A DNA stretch of 64,000 bases from an uncultured Candidatus Saccharibacteria bacterium (GTDB taxonomy: Bacteria; Patescibacteriota; Minisyncoccia; Phycocordibacterales; EsbW-18). A model generated the notes under the pieces. The model had not been told where the DNA came from and ran no database searches. It saw only the letters and a list, made by a program, of their open reading frames with translations. The translations under genes were made by a program, and so were the position numbers. Shown piece by piece: positions 19,049 to 28,658 of this stretch. Where the stretch lies: the NCBI GenBank assembly GCA_964447415.1, contig CAYUSN010000001.1, forward strand, positions 185,727 through 249,726. The letters run 5' to 3'. Every line of letters begins with the position of its first letter. The first letter of the stretch is position 1.

Positions 19049-20176
19049 ATGAGATCCCTTTTTCGATTTCTTCGCGCCAAACGCTTTGCCTACGAGCCGC
19101 TGGTAACGGTTGAGGTTTCACGCAAAAACATTCTAAAAAACCTTGAGATGTTTCTTGAGCATGTCTCGCCGTGGGGTGTTGCGCCGGTGCTGAAGGCAAA
19201 TGCATACGGACACGGACTTATTGAAGTCGCGCGTATTGTTGATGCACACGCACATGTGCCGTTTGTGGTGGTTGATTCGTACTATGAAGCACTCCGGCTT
19301 CGTAACGAGCACGTCACGTCGCCGATTCTCGTCATCGGACACACGCTCTCACACAACATCAAAAAAAACACGATGCATGGCATTTCGTTTTCCGTCGGAT
19401 CGCTGCACCAATTGAAAGAAATCGCGGAGACGAACGCGCCGGTGTCCGTACATCTGAAGTTTGACACCGGTATGCATCGGCAGGGAATTATGCCGAAAGA
19501 ACTTTCACGTGCGGTTGAAATTGTCGCGTCACACCCGCATCTGCATGTGGAAGGCATCTGCTCGCACCTTGCGGACGCCGACGGTGATGATGAGATACTG
19601 ACGACGGCGCAAATAAAACTCTGGAATGATATCGCATCGAAGTGGCGGAAGGCGTTTTCACAGACGAAGTATTTTCATCTGTCGGCGACCGCGGGCGTTC
19701 GACTTGCCGGAAAGATTGACGCGAATGTGGGAAGGCTCGGCATCGGACTGTACGGCATTTCAGATGTGATTCCCGGTCTTGCCCCCGCACTTTCTATGAA
19801 AACCTCCGTCACAGGATTGCGAACCATACAGAAGGGGGAGCGTGTCGGGTACGGTTTTTCATGGACGGCGGCGCGCGACACACGTGTGGCAACAATCCCT
19901 GTCGGCTACTACGAAGGTATTGACCGCCGGCTTTCAAACAAAGGGTTCGTGCGCGTGCGCGGAAAAGAGTGTCCGATTATCGGACGAGTATCGATGAACA
20001 TGACAACTGTTGATGTCACGGACGTACCCGATGTAAAAGAAGGAGACGGAGTGGAAGTCATAAGTACGAAATTCGAAGCACGAAATTCGATTACATACAT
20101 GGCGGAGCTGTGCGACACAATCCCGTACGATATTTTGGTGCACATTCCGTCTGCACTTCGACGCACGGTCATCTGA
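19049..20176 (+). CDS. alr: Alanine racemase
   Basis: PLP-lysine motif VLKANAYGHG near N-terminus and overall alanine racemase architecture (N-terminal TIM barrel, C-terminal beta domain with YxxG...M). Confidence 0.85.
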   Translation: MRSLFRFLRAKRFAYEPLVTVEVSRKNILKNLEMFLEHVSPWGVAPVLKANAYGHGLIEVARIVDAHAHVPFVVVDSYYEALRLRNEHVTSPILVIGHTLSHNIKKNTMHGISFSVGSLHQLKEIAETNAPVSVHLKFDTGMHRQGIMPKELSRAVEIVASHPHLHVEGICSHLADADGDDEILTTAQIKLWNDIASKWRKAFSQTKYFHLSATAGVRLAGKIDANVGRLGIGLYGISDVIPGLAPALSMKTSVTGLRTIQKGERVGYGFSWTAARDTRVATIPVGYYEGIDRRLSNKGFVRVRGKECPIIGRVSMNMTTVDVTDVPDVKEGDGVEVISTKFEARNSITYMAELCDTIPYDILVHIPSALRRTVI

Positions 20177-20279
20177 AATGCCAAGGAGTTGACAAACCAT
20201 TTTAAACTGATATAATACCCACCAGGAAATAGCGCATCGGTCGGATTCAACCGCCGATGAACAAGAGAGGGAGGTCAGT

Positions 20280-20657
20280 ATGACCGTCAAAAAGCAGGCT
20301 CCCGAAGAGACCCCCGCCACGCCCCAGACGGCGCCCGACGACAACAAGCGTTTCGAGATGTGCGGGTGCAACGGCAAGCCGCACGGGTACTACGTGCGGA
20401 GCAACGGGGAGAAGTTCCCGGCCGTCATCGTGTCGGTGCGCGCCGGCAAGTTCGTCCTCGACGGACCGGTCGAGGAGGGCGGCGGGCTCGTCAAGACCGA
20501 GGACAAGGCGCGCGCAGTCGCCCAGATGGAGGCCTCCGGTCTCCCGGCAGAGCGCGAGGACGACATCGAGGTGGCCGCGCAGAGCGCCGTCCATGCGCTG
20601 GCCTCCGAGGTGTTCCTGCTGGAGATCCTGGCGCAGGCGATGACCCGCAACAAGTAG
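20280..20657 (+). CDS. Hypothetical protein (GC-rich ORFan, 125 aa)
   Basis: GAGGGAGG SD; very high GC3 (aag/gag/gac/ggc codons); followed by intrinsic terminator ~20686-20720. Confidence 0.4.
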   Translation: MTVKKQAPEETPATPQTAPDDNKRFEMCGCNGKPHGYYVRSNGEKFPAVIVSVRAGKFVLDGPVEEGGGLVKTEDKARAVAQMEASGLPAEREDDIEVAAQSAVHALASEVFLLEILAQAMTRNK

Positions 20658-20755
20658 AACGCGCCGATAGACGTCCATCTGTCACCAAGCCCCCACGCGA
20701 AAGCGCGGGGGCTTCAATATTATATGGAAACAAAAAACACACGGAGTTGTCGTGA

Positions 20756-20802
20756 TATAACCCGCACTTACTTTTGGTACAAAAGTAAGTGCGGGTTATA
20801 GT
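20756..20802 (+). promoter_or_regulatory. Palindromic element F (tataacccgcacttactttt-ggtac-aaaagtaagtgcgggttata) embedded in sigma70-like promoter: -35 TTGGTA, 17-nt spacer = 3' arm, -10 TATAGT
   Basis: Perfect 20-bp inverted repeat; -10 ends ~9 nt before the murC ATG, implying a (near-)leaderless transcript. Confidence 0.5.
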
Positions 20803-20810
20803 TGGTATGT

Positions 20811-22097
20811 ATGGGAACACTCGACTTTGCACGGCACATTCACTTCATCGGCATCGGCGGAATCGGTGTCTCCGCGCTTGCCCGTTTGATGAAACACCAC
20901 GGGAAACATGTTTCCGGTTCCGACCGAGACATGACGCGGTTGACGCGTGAGCTTGAACGAGAAGGTATCCGTGTGCGTCCCGGACATGACGAACACCACG
21001 TGCCGCTGTTTGCTGATTTTATTGTGCATTCACCGGCGATTCCGTCTGATAATCCTGAACTGATGAAGGCGCGCGAACTCGGAATTCCCTCAATGTCGTA
21101 TCCCGAAGCGCTCGGCGCGGTGACACGTGACACGTTTACGGTTGCTGTATCGGGCACGCATGGAAAGACCACAACGACAGCAATGCTCGCTGAAGTTCTC
21201 AAGGAAAGTGTCAATCCGACGGTTATCGTGGGTTCACTGCTTTCCGGAGGCCGCAGTAACTTTGTCGCGGGTCATCCGAAGCGTTTTGTGGTGGAGGCGT
21301 GCGAATACAAACGCTCATTCCTCAACTTGCATCCTGACATTCTCGTCATCACCAATATTGATGAGGATCACCTCGACTACTACCGCGACTTGGAGGACAT
21401 CAAGAGCGCCTTTCGTGAGATGGTGCAAAAGGTTCCCGTATACGGCGCCGTTGTGTGTGACCTCTCCGACCCGAATATTGCAGATGTTGTGTCTGAGAGC
21501 CGCGCACCCATCATCAACTACATGGCGTTTTATGACGATGCGCGCAAACTCTCGGTATTTGGCGAGCACAATTTGCGCAACGCGGCCGCGGCGCACGCGG
21601 TTGCCGACTATTTCAATATTCCGGAGACAGAGGTAAACCGTGCACTCTTGAAATTTACCGGCACATGGCGCCGGAGTGAGTACAAAGGACGTACAACGCG
21701 TGGTGCAGACGTGTATGACGACTACGCGCATCACCCGAGAGAGATCCGCACGACACTCTCAGGTTTCAGAAAGCGATATCCCGATAAAAACCTGGTCGTC
21801 GCGTTTCAACCGCACCTCTATTCGCGCACAAAGACGCTCTTTGATGATTTTATCGACAGTTTTCACAACGCCGACCGGCTACTGCTCGCCCCGATTTACG
21901 CGGCACGCGAAGCGTATGACCCGACCATCTCGCACCACCAACTCGGTGATGCGATACGAGAGTATGGCGGCCGCGTTGAATCGTACGAAACACTGCACGC
22001 GCTGTCACACGAGCTCGCGCGCGGACTCACCCAGGATGACATTGTCATCACGATGGGTGCGGGTGATATCTACACAGTCGGCGAGAAACTTTTGTAA
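20811..22097 (+). CDS. murC: UDP-N-acetylmuramate--L-alanine ligase MurC
   Basis: IHFIGIGGIGVSALA N-terminal Rossmann motif, GTHGKTTTTAML P-loop, Mur ligase middle/C domains; ORF-track start at 20802 is TTG, first in-frame ATG (MGTLDF) used. Confidence 0.85.
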   Translation: MGTLDFARHIHFIGIGGIGVSALARLMKHHGKHVSGSDRDMTRLTRELEREGIRVRPGHDEHHVPLFADFIVHSPAIPSDNPELMKARELGIPSMSYPEALGAVTRDTFTVAVSGTHGKTTTTAMLAEVLKESVNPTVIVGSLLSGGRSNFVAGHPKRFVVEACEYKRSFLNLHPDILVITNIDEDHLDYYRDLEDIKSAFREMVQKVPVYGAVVCDLSDPNIADVVSESRAPIINYMAFYDDARKLSVFGEHNLRNAAAAHAVADYFNIPETEVNRALLKFTGTWRRSEYKGRTTRGADVYDDYAHHPREIRTTLSGFRKRYPDKNLVVAFQPHLYSRTKTLFDDFIDSFHNADRLLLAPIYAAREAYDPTISHHQLGDAIREYGGRVESYETLHALSHELARGLTQDDIVITMGAGDIYTVGEKLL

Positions 22098-22187
22098 ACG
22101 TATTGCAGGAAATACTTGACACCTCCTATTTTTTGGAGTATTTTCCTGACAGAGCTTGGTCTTCAAACAACGAAACGGAGGCAACAA

Positions 22188-22871
22188 ATGTTCGAGCATC
22201 TCCCGTCGTTCTACAGCGATTTGCATTGGAAGCGGACCGGTTTCTTCTCGAAGCTCCTGCTTTTCATCATGGCGGTTCTGAAGTTCGTGCCGGAGGCATT
22301 GCTCTTCGGCGCCATCTCGGCTCTCGTGTCGTTCTCGAGCACGACGTACAGCATCGCGGGGACGATGGACGCGAAGTTCAAGGAAGTGGGCGAGAGTGGT
22401 GGTATCCCGGCTTTCTCGGTGTGGTTCTGGGGTCCACTCATGATTGTGTGCGGGATTCTCGCATTCGTCTCTGCACTTGTTGTAGTGATTTTCAAGTCAT
22501 TCCTGACCGCGAATCAGTGCGACGTCGTATCGCGGATTCTGCAGAAGAGTCGGTTGCGCGCCCTTGCGACACTTGTTGTCCAGGAAGGCATCTGGCGAAA
22601 CCCACAGGAACACACGGAAGCGTTTCTACGCATCCGTGCCATCGTGATGAATTCCTACAAGGAAGCGGCGCTTCCTGCGCTTTATGAAATCGAAGCCAAG
22701 GCCAAGGATTTTTCCGACAGGAAGCAGATGGTTCGCGTCTACAAGCAGCTCGCCGAAGCGTACACCTCATACGGCGATGAGAGGAGCGCCCGTAGGACTC
22801 TCGGGTATGCGCGTGCTCTCGGTGAGGAGTTGGATCTCGATGATCAGTTGCTCAAGACATACGTCGTCTAA
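22188..22871 (+). CDS. Hypothetical membrane protein (2-3 TM) with C-terminal helical/TPR-like soluble region
   Basis: ACGGAGG SD before MFEHLPS; hydrophobic helices; high GC3; followed by terminator hairpin ~22885-22915. Confidence 0.45.
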   Translation: MFEHLPSFYSDLHWKRTGFFSKLLLFIMAVLKFVPEALLFGAISALVSFSSTTYSIAGTMDAKFKEVGESGGIPAFSVWFWGPLMIVCGILAFVSALVVVIFKSFLTANQCDVVSRILQKSRLRALATLVVQEGIWRNPQEHTEAFLRIRAIVMNSYKEAALPALYEIEAKAKDFSDRKQMVRVYKQLAEAYTSYGDERSARRTLGYARALGEELDLDDQLLKTYVV

Positions 22872-22938
22872 CCTCCGTTCGTTTCGCGCCCCGCGAGGAT
22901 TCCTCGCGGGGCGTTTCGGTTTCATGTATAGTGCCCGT

Positions 22939-23634
22939 ATGACAAGTGAAATACTCGGAACGCTTTACGTGGTGGGAACGCCGATAGGCAACTTGGAAGA
23001 CGTGACGCTCCGCGCGTTGCGCATTTTGAAAGAGGCGGACGTTATTTTCTGCGAAGACACGCGCGTAACGAAGCGCCTGCTGGATAAGTACGACATTCAC
23101 ACACGCACGACATCTTTGAATGCGCGCACCGAACACGCAAAAATCGGCTCAGTGATGGGAGCACTAACTGAGGGGAAGAAGGTTGCGCTCGTCTCTGATG
23201 CAGGAACGCCGGGCGTATCGGACCCGGGCGGGCTCGTGGTGTCAGTCGTTCGGGAGAAAATGCCGGATGTTCGCATTGAAGTTATTCCCGGTCCTTCGGC
23301 GCTCACTGCAGCGCTCTCCATTGCAAGCGTGCCCGTTGCGGATTTTGTGTTCTTAGGGTTTTTGCCGCACAAAAAAGGACGCCAAACACTCTTCAAAGAG
23401 ATTGCGGAGAGTAAGCGCGCGATGATTTTCTATGAATCACCGCACCGCATTATGAAGACACTCGCCTCGCTTAGAGATGTGTTAGAAGACGACAGAATCG
23501 TCGGTATCGCACGCGAACTAACGAAAATTTACGAAGAAATCGTCCGCGGCAGCGCCACAGAGGTGCTTTCATACTTCGAAACGAACAAGGAAAAACAGAA
23601 GGGGGAGTTTGTGGTGATTGTCTCCGGAAAATAA
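22939..23634 (+). CDS. rsmI: 16S rRNA (cytidine1402-2'-O)-methyltransferase RsmI (tetrapyrrole methylase fold)
   Basis: GTLYVVGTPIGNLEDVTLRALRIL...DVIFCEDTR...ESPHR motifs; start at MTSEILG (alternative MYSARM at 22924). Confidence 0.8.
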   Translation: MTSEILGTLYVVGTPIGNLEDVTLRALRILKEADVIFCEDTRVTKRLLDKYDIHTRTTSLNARTEHAKIGSVMGALTEGKKVALVSDAGTPGVSDPGGLVVSVVREKMPDVRIEVIPGPSALTAALSIASVPVADFVFLGFLPHKKGRQTLFKEIAESKRAMIFYESPHRIMKTLASLRDVLEDDRIVGIARELTKIYEEIVRGSATEVLSYFETNKEKQKGEFVVIVSGK

Positions 23635-23702
23635 AGAGAGGCAGGCTTTTTTGCCCTGTTTTGCACTACCATGCCCGCATAATTCGTGCGATACTACTGC
23701 GC

Positions 23703-23903
23703 ATGCAGAAGGCACAGACACGCATAATTATCATCACCGGAGCGGCACTCGCACTCTTGCAGGTACTCGGTATTCCGCTGTCATGGAAGTTGTGGCTTTC
23801 TTCTGCAATCGGGTTATTTTTTATCGGATGGGGGCTGTACCTCCGATACGGCCGCAGAACAGCGCATGACCAACCGCATGACGACACACACATCACACAA
23901 TAA
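23703..23903 (+). CDS. Small 2-TM membrane protein, hypothetical
   Basis: Within ORF 23661..23903; hydrophobic helices IIIITGAALALLQVLGI and SSAIGLFFIGWGLYL; start uncertain. Confidence 0.3.
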   Translation: MQKAQTRIIIITGAALALLQVLGIPLSWKLWLSSAIGLFFIGWGLYLRYGRRTAHDQPHDDTHITQ

Positions 23904-25236
23904 AAAACGTTTTTCAATTTCACCTGTTTTTTTATGGGTGTCGTTGGGTGCAGTAGTGGTTTTGTTTCTCGGTTATTTTGTCGGTCCGTCAATTTTTTCC
24001 CACACCTATACGCAGACCGAAGTCACCGCTGAGGTACTCGCCGAAGAAATAGAAGAAGAAGACGTTCCGTCTGTCACACACCTTCCGACACCTGCCGCAG
24101 TTAAGGCAATTTACATGTCGCAGTGCGTCGCGGGGACGCCTTCGTTTCGCGACAAACTTATCACGCTCATTGATGACACGGAATTAAACGCGGTCATCAT
24201 CGACATAAAAGATTTCTCCGGAAAAATCGGATTTACCACCGATAATCCGGCACTTGCGCCGTCGGTGTCGGATGCGTGCGGTGCGCGTGATATGAAGGAA
24301 TTTATAAAACGGCTTCACGACAAAAATATTTACGTTATCGGACGTATCACGGTATTCCAAGATCCGTTTTACTCGAAACTGCACCCTGAATTGGCGGTGA
24401 AAAAAGAAAGCGATACGTCGGTGGTATGGACCGATCACAAAGGACTTTCGTTTATTGATGTCGGGGCGCGGGCGTTTTGGGACTACATCGTGGAACTTTC
24501 CCGCGAATCGTACGCAATCGGATTCGATGAACTCAATTACGATTACGTGCGCTATCCGTCTGACGGCAACATGAAAGACATCGCCTTCACGCTCTCGGAA
24601 GGAAAACCGAAGGACGTCGAGTTGGAAGCATTTTTCTCGTATTTGTACGAGGCGCTTGATACGGGCGAGACGCCGACGTCGGGACTGCGCTCCGTTCGCA
24701 ACATGTTTAAGGGAGGGTCGGCCCGTCCCGTGCTGTCCGTTGATTTATTCGGCTACACCACGACAAATTATGACGATCTCGGCATCGGGCAGCTGCTTGA
24801 ACGCGCGCTTCCGTATTTCGATTACGTCATGCCGATGGTGTATCCGTCGCACTACAACTCGGGATTCATCGGTATCGCCAAACCGGCGACACAACCATAT
24901 GAGGTGGTGAAATATTCCATGGACGCCTCAGTTCGTCGCGTGCGGGCGCTCGCAGATGCAAAAAACTCCACCGCAACCTCAACGGATATGGTGTTTTTGC
25001 GGGAACAGGCAAACAAAGGACACGGCAATATTCACGTACAGCAGATGCGCCCGTGGCTGCAGGATTTTGATTTAGGAGCACAGTACACGCCGGAGATGGT
25101 GCGTGCGCAAATTCAAGCAACATATGACGCAGGGCTCACCTCATGGGCGCTGTGGGATGCAGGTAACACGTACACTCGTGCGGCGCTCGCAAACGAAGAG
25201 GAACCGCTTTCTTCTTTGACACCGGTTTCGCGATAG
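23866..25236 (+). CDS. Membrane-anchored putative glycoside hydrolase (TIM-barrel, DUF4015-like family)
   Basis: N-terminal TM anchor; conserved blocks NAVIIDIKD, IYVIGRITVFQDP, FDELNYDYVRYP, VMPMVYPSHY typical of the uncharacterised GH-like family. Confidence 0.5.
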   Translation: MTNRMTTHTSHNKKRFSISPVFLWVSLGAVVVLFLGYFVGPSIFSHTYTQTEVTAEVLAEEIEEEDVPSVTHLPTPAAVKAIYMSQCVAGTPSFRDKLITLIDDTELNAVIIDIKDFSGKIGFTTDNPALAPSVSDACGARDMKEFIKRLHDKNIYVIGRITVFQDPFYSKLHPELAVKKESDTSVVWTDHKGLSFIDVGARAFWDYIVELSRESYAIGFDELNYDYVRYPSDGNMKDIAFTLSEGKPKDVELEAFFSYLYEALDTGETPTSGLRSVRNMFKGGSARPVLSVDLFGYTTTNYDDLGIGQLLERALPYFDYVMPMVYPSHYNSGFIGIAKPATQPYEVVKYSMDASVRRVRALADAKNSTATSTDMVFLREQANKGHGNIHVQQMRPWLQDFDLGAQYTPEMVRAQIQATYDAGLTSWALWDAGNTYTRAALANEEEPLSSLTPVSR

Positions 25237-25296
25237 GGCACTGTGGTGTCAGATCATACAAAACCGTAGTTCAAACCGATGAGATCGGAGGAAACA

Positions 25297-25557
25297 ATGA
25301 TCGTCGTTTCGATTGAGCAGTACCGTGACTGTCAGAACAACCGTGCGTACGCACTCTCGTTACTGGAGGATCCCATCAGGATCTCCTTGTTGACGACGGG
25401 TTCCTGGGAGTCTCCGGCGGGATTGCCTGCCGACGTGCTCAGTTTCATCGCCGCTTCATATCGAGAGCGGGGGTGGAAGGTGACGTGGAAGAACGGCTCC
25501 AAGCGCATCCGCATCTGGCACCAGGAGAAGGTGTGCGTTACGCGCGCGAAGCGCTAA
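25297..25557 (+). CDS. Hypothetical small protein (86 aa), GC-rich ORFan
   Basis: GGAGGA SD 6 nt before ATG (MIVVSIEQ); within ORF 25279..25557. Confidence 0.35.
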   Translation: MIVVSIEQYRDCQNNRAYALSLLEDPIRISLLTTGSWESPAGLPADVLSFIAASYRERGWKVTWKNGSKRIRIWHQEKVCVTRAKR

Positions 25558-25766
25558 GGGTCGCGCTGAGCGGCGCGGGGTTTCTGTTTGCGCCGCTGCT
25601 GATCGTCACCGTCGCATGGTTTCTGTACGCACTATCCGTTGCGCTCGTCGCCGGTCTTACCGACACATCAGCAATGCTCTGGAAAGAGGCGCTTGGTCTC
25701 AAGGTTGTCTGGGTTATTGTCGCAGTGCGCGGACACCACAGGCTCAGGGCCGGGTGCCAAGAGTGA
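25473..25766 (+). CDS. Small 2-TM membrane protein, hypothetical (start uncertain; may begin at GTG ~25532)
   Basis: Overlaps 3' end of upstream gene in another frame; hydrophobic helices FLFAPLLIVTVAWFLYALSVALVAGL and VVWVIVAV. Confidence 0.3.
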   Translation: MEGDVEERLQAHPHLAPGEGVRYAREALRVALSGAGFLFAPLLIVTVAWFLYALSVALVAGLTDTSAMLWKEALGLKVVWVIVAVRGHHRLRAGCQE

Positions 25767-25904
25767 CCCCCGTTCTTTTCCAAGCCGTTCCTTCGGGGGC
25801 GGCTTGTTTATTACACAAACATTGACACCTTGCCTTTTTCGGTTTGAAAGAGTAAGGTGTTTTCCGGACAGGGTCTTTTTATATCTATACACGGAAAGGG
25901 GGTG

Positions 25905-26366
25905 ATGCCTCTGTCTGCTGTGCTGGTCACCAAACATGCCGTCGAGCGGTATGAGTACTGGCGCGACCTGCGGCATGAATACCTCGGCGAACAGCCGATT
26001 TCCTCCGTTCTGTCGTCAGAGGAGCAGATCGCTCTCATGACACTGCTCGCAGAGGAGTCGTCGGACATACCCGACCATGTCGTTCGCTGCCGGAAAGATC
26101 GGCACAATGGTGTGGATGTTCTGTATCTTGAGAACGACACGTACCGCATCGTGTGCCACTCAAACGGTTCTGTAGTGACTGTGTTTACGGTAGAACCGAA
26201 CACAGCGCACCACGACCCGCGTAGGTGGGCCGGTGTACCGCCGGCGCTAGCGCACACGGTGACCCATACGTGGCCGATCTACGTGCTGACGGGCGGCATC
26301 ATCAAAGTCGGGCGCAGGAGGCGTCCGACAAATGGAGCGCAACCCAAGGAGGAGGCACGGTGTTAG
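25905..26366 (+). CDS. Hypothetical protein (153 aa), GC-rich ORFan
   Basis: AAAGGGGG SD before MPLSAVL; within ORF 25857..26366. Confidence 0.4.
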   Translation: MPLSAVLVTKHAVERYEYWRDLRHEYLGEQPISSVLSSEEQIALMTLLAEESSDIPDHVVRCRKDRHNGVDVLYLENDTYRIVCHSNGSVVTVFTVEPNTAHHDPRRWAGVPPALAHTVTHTWPIYVLTGGIIKVGRRRRPTNGAQPKEEARC

Positions 26367-26668
26367 ACACCGACAACAAGTTTGCCGCAGTAGAGAAGGG
26401 TGATGTCGTGTTCCTGCAGGTAAGTCACAAGGACGGTAATGTGACCGCCTGCATGGAGCGCAACGGTTCGGTGCTGTACTGGGCGCACGAAACACCGGTA
26501 AGCATCGTGCGCACGGGCACAGAGACGTTCAAGGGCATCATGTGCCCGGAGGAGCTCAAGCGGGCGCTGATGTTCGTCGCACGTGCGTTCAACCTGCGCG
26601 GCGTCGAACCTCACGAGCCACCCGAAGCATTCAAGAAGACGGGGTGGGTCGCATTCCGGTTCGTCTGA
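26360..26668 (+). CDS. Hypothetical protein (102 aa), GC-rich ORFan, GTG start
   Basis: AGGAGGAGG SD then GTG overlapping upstream stop; followed by strong terminator (gcgccgggcaggtctgtag-ttt-acagaccggcccggcgcttttt, ~26690-26735). Confidence 0.4.
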   Translation: MLDTDNKFAAVEKGDVVFLQVSHKDGNVTACMERNGSVLYWAHETPVSIVRTGTETFKGIMCPEELKRALMFVARAFNLRGVEPHEPPEAFKKTGWVAFRFV

Positions 26669-26810
26669 GACGGCGCATCCGACAGAAGTCCGCGCCGGGC
26701 AGGTCTGTAGTTTACAGACCGGCCCGGCGCTTTTTCTTTTTTGTTTCTGTTTTATACTACACACAGCGCACCTGCATCTGTGCAGGTCATCAGTCTTTGA
26801 AATACAACCC

Positions 26811-28616
26811 ATGTCTCTTTACGATCCAAATCGCATCACGTACATCGGCGAGACCGATTACCGCAATAAGCGCGTGAAATTCGGCATCAAGGCGAAGGAT
26901 CGTCCGCGCCACATCTACGCCATCGGAAAGACCGGAACCGGTAAGTCAACGCTCTTGGAGAATATGGCGGTGCAGGATATTCAAAATGGCGAAGGGTTTG
27001 CATTTATCGACCCGCACGGAAAGTCGGCAGATTTGCTTCTCGACTACATTCCCAAAGAACGCGTTGACGACGTACTCTATTTTGCGCCGTTTGATCTGGC
27101 AAACCCGGTGTCGTTTAACGTTATGGAAGACGTCGGTCCTGATAAACGACATCTTGTTGCCGCAGGACTTATGTCGGCGTTCAAAAAAATCTGGGTGGAC
27201 GCGTGGAGCGCCCGCATGGAATACATCCTCAACAACACCATCCTTGCACTTCTTGAATATCCCGACTCCACCCTCTTGGGCGTGAACCGCATGCTTGTGG
27301 ACAAGGAGTACCGCAAAGATGTCGTTGCGCACGTCACCGATCCGGGCGTGAAAGCCTTCTGGGAGGGAGAGTTTGCCAACTACACAGACCGATTTGCGCA
27401 GGACGCGACGCCGGCGATTCAAAACAAGGTTGGGCAATTCACCGCAAACCCCGTTATCCGCAACATCATCGGACAGCCGAAGTCCACGTTCAACATCCGT
27501 GAAATCATGGACCAGAAAAAGATTCTCATCATCAACCTCTCAAAAGGGCAGGTGGGGGAAGATAGCGCCAACCTTTTGGGTTCCATGCTTATCACAAAAA
27601 TTTATCTGGCGGCAATGTCACGCGCCGACTTGCGCGAACAGGAACTCGGCAAGCTGCCGAACTTCTATCTCTATGTGGACGAATTTCAGTCATTCGCGAA
27701 CGAATCGTTTGCCGACATTTTGTCTGAAGCGCGAAAATACAAACTGAATCTCACGATTGCGCACCAATACATCGAGCAGATGAGCGATGAAGTGCGCGCG
27801 GCGGTGTTCGGCAACGTCGGCACGATGGTGTCGTACCGCGTCGGCGCCATTGACGCGGAGTATTTGGAAAAAGAATTTGCGCCGGCGTTTACCGCCGAAG
27901 ATCTCGTGAACATCGGCGCCTTTAAGATGTACCTGAAACTTATGATAGACGGCATGGCGTCAGCGCCGTTTTCTGCAAGCGGACTGCCGCCGATTAAACC
28001 GCCTTCGGTTTCGTACCGCGACGTGGTCATTGCCCATTCTCGCGCTCAGTTTTCCCGACCGCGCGCCGTGGTCGAAAATGAAATTCTTAAATGGCACCAG
28101 AAAGAATTCGGCAAAGGAGGCGGCGGGCGCAGCGACGAGTCGGAGCGCGCACGTCACGGGGGCCGCAGGGAAGATGCGCCGAGAGGCGAGCGGCCACGCG
28201 AGCAGAGGTCGGAACCTCGAAAAGATGATCGAAGAGCGGGCCAGAGGAACGATCGGAGAGAGGAAAAGCCTGCAGTTGACCGCGAGACACAACTTCGTCA
28301 GGCGGTGTCGCTTTCAAGTCTTAGACACAGCGATACCCCCCACAAACACAGACATAAAAGCGTGAAAAAAGACAAAGGACCGTCGCAGGCGCACCTTTCG
28401 GATTTGCGCTCGGCGCTTTCGGCGGTGTTGGGCGATGTGGCACAGACGGTTCCGATGCCGGAACCTCAAAAAACAGCTCCCGCGCCGCAGCAAAAACAGG
28501 AGCCGAAGAACGCACCGCAGGCAACCCAGGAACCGCAGGCAAAAAAACAGCACAAAGAAGTTCCCGAGCACGTACTCAAAGAACTCTTCAAACGCGAGGA
28601 AAAAAACGAAGGGTAA
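26811..28616 (+). CDS. FtsK/HerA/TraG-VirD4-superfamily P-loop ATPase (type-IV coupling-protein-like) with long basic disordered C-terminal tail
   Basis: Walker A AIGKTGTGKST, Walker B LYVDEFQSF, no N-terminal TM; C-terminal ~170 aa rich in R/E/K/Q/P; start moved to MSLYDPN (ORF-track start overlaps upstream terminator). Confidence 0.55.
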   Translation: MSLYDPNRITYIGETDYRNKRVKFGIKAKDRPRHIYAIGKTGTGKSTLLENMAVQDIQNGEGFAFIDPHGKSADLLLDYIPKERVDDVLYFAPFDLANPVSFNVMEDVGPDKRHLVAAGLMSAFKKIWVDAWSARMEYILNNTILALLEYPDSTLLGVNRMLVDKEYRKDVVAHVTDPGVKAFWEGEFANYTDRFAQDATPAIQNKVGQFTANPVIRNIIGQPKSTFNIREIMDQKKILIINLSKGQVGEDSANLLGSMLITKIYLAAMSRADLREQELGKLPNFYLYVDEFQSFANESFADILSEARKYKLNLTIAHQYIEQMSDEVRAAVFGNVGTMVSYRVGAIDAEYLEKEFAPAFTAEDLVNIGAFKMYLKLMIDGMASAPFSASGLPPIKPPSVSYRDVVIAHSRAQFSRPRAVVENEILKWHQKEFGKGGGGRSDESERARHGGRREDAPRGERPREQRSEPRKDDRRAGQRNDRREEKPAVDRETQLRQAVSLSSLRHSDTPHKHRHKSVKKDKGPSQAHLSDLRSALSAVLGDVAQTVPMPEPQKTAPAPQQKQEPKNAPQATQEPQAKKQHKEVPEHVLKELFKREEKNEG

Positions 28617-28658
28617 TTTTATCTTTCTTTCATAGAAGGTTTCGTACAGTGTGCGCAT

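Noticed and set aside
20360-20755. 131-aa plus-strand ORF overlapping gene 20280..20657 in another frame
   Set aside because: Arg/Gly/Ala-rich translation (RGGRRARQDRGQGARSRPDGGLRS) characteristic of an off-frame read through GC-rich coding sequence; the 20280 frame has the SD and protein-like composition.
26583-26810. ORF-track N-terminal extension of the P-loop ATPase (start 26583)
   Set aside because: The extension reads through the upstream intrinsic terminator and an AT-rich promoter-like spacer; the conserved protein begins at MSLYDPN (26811).
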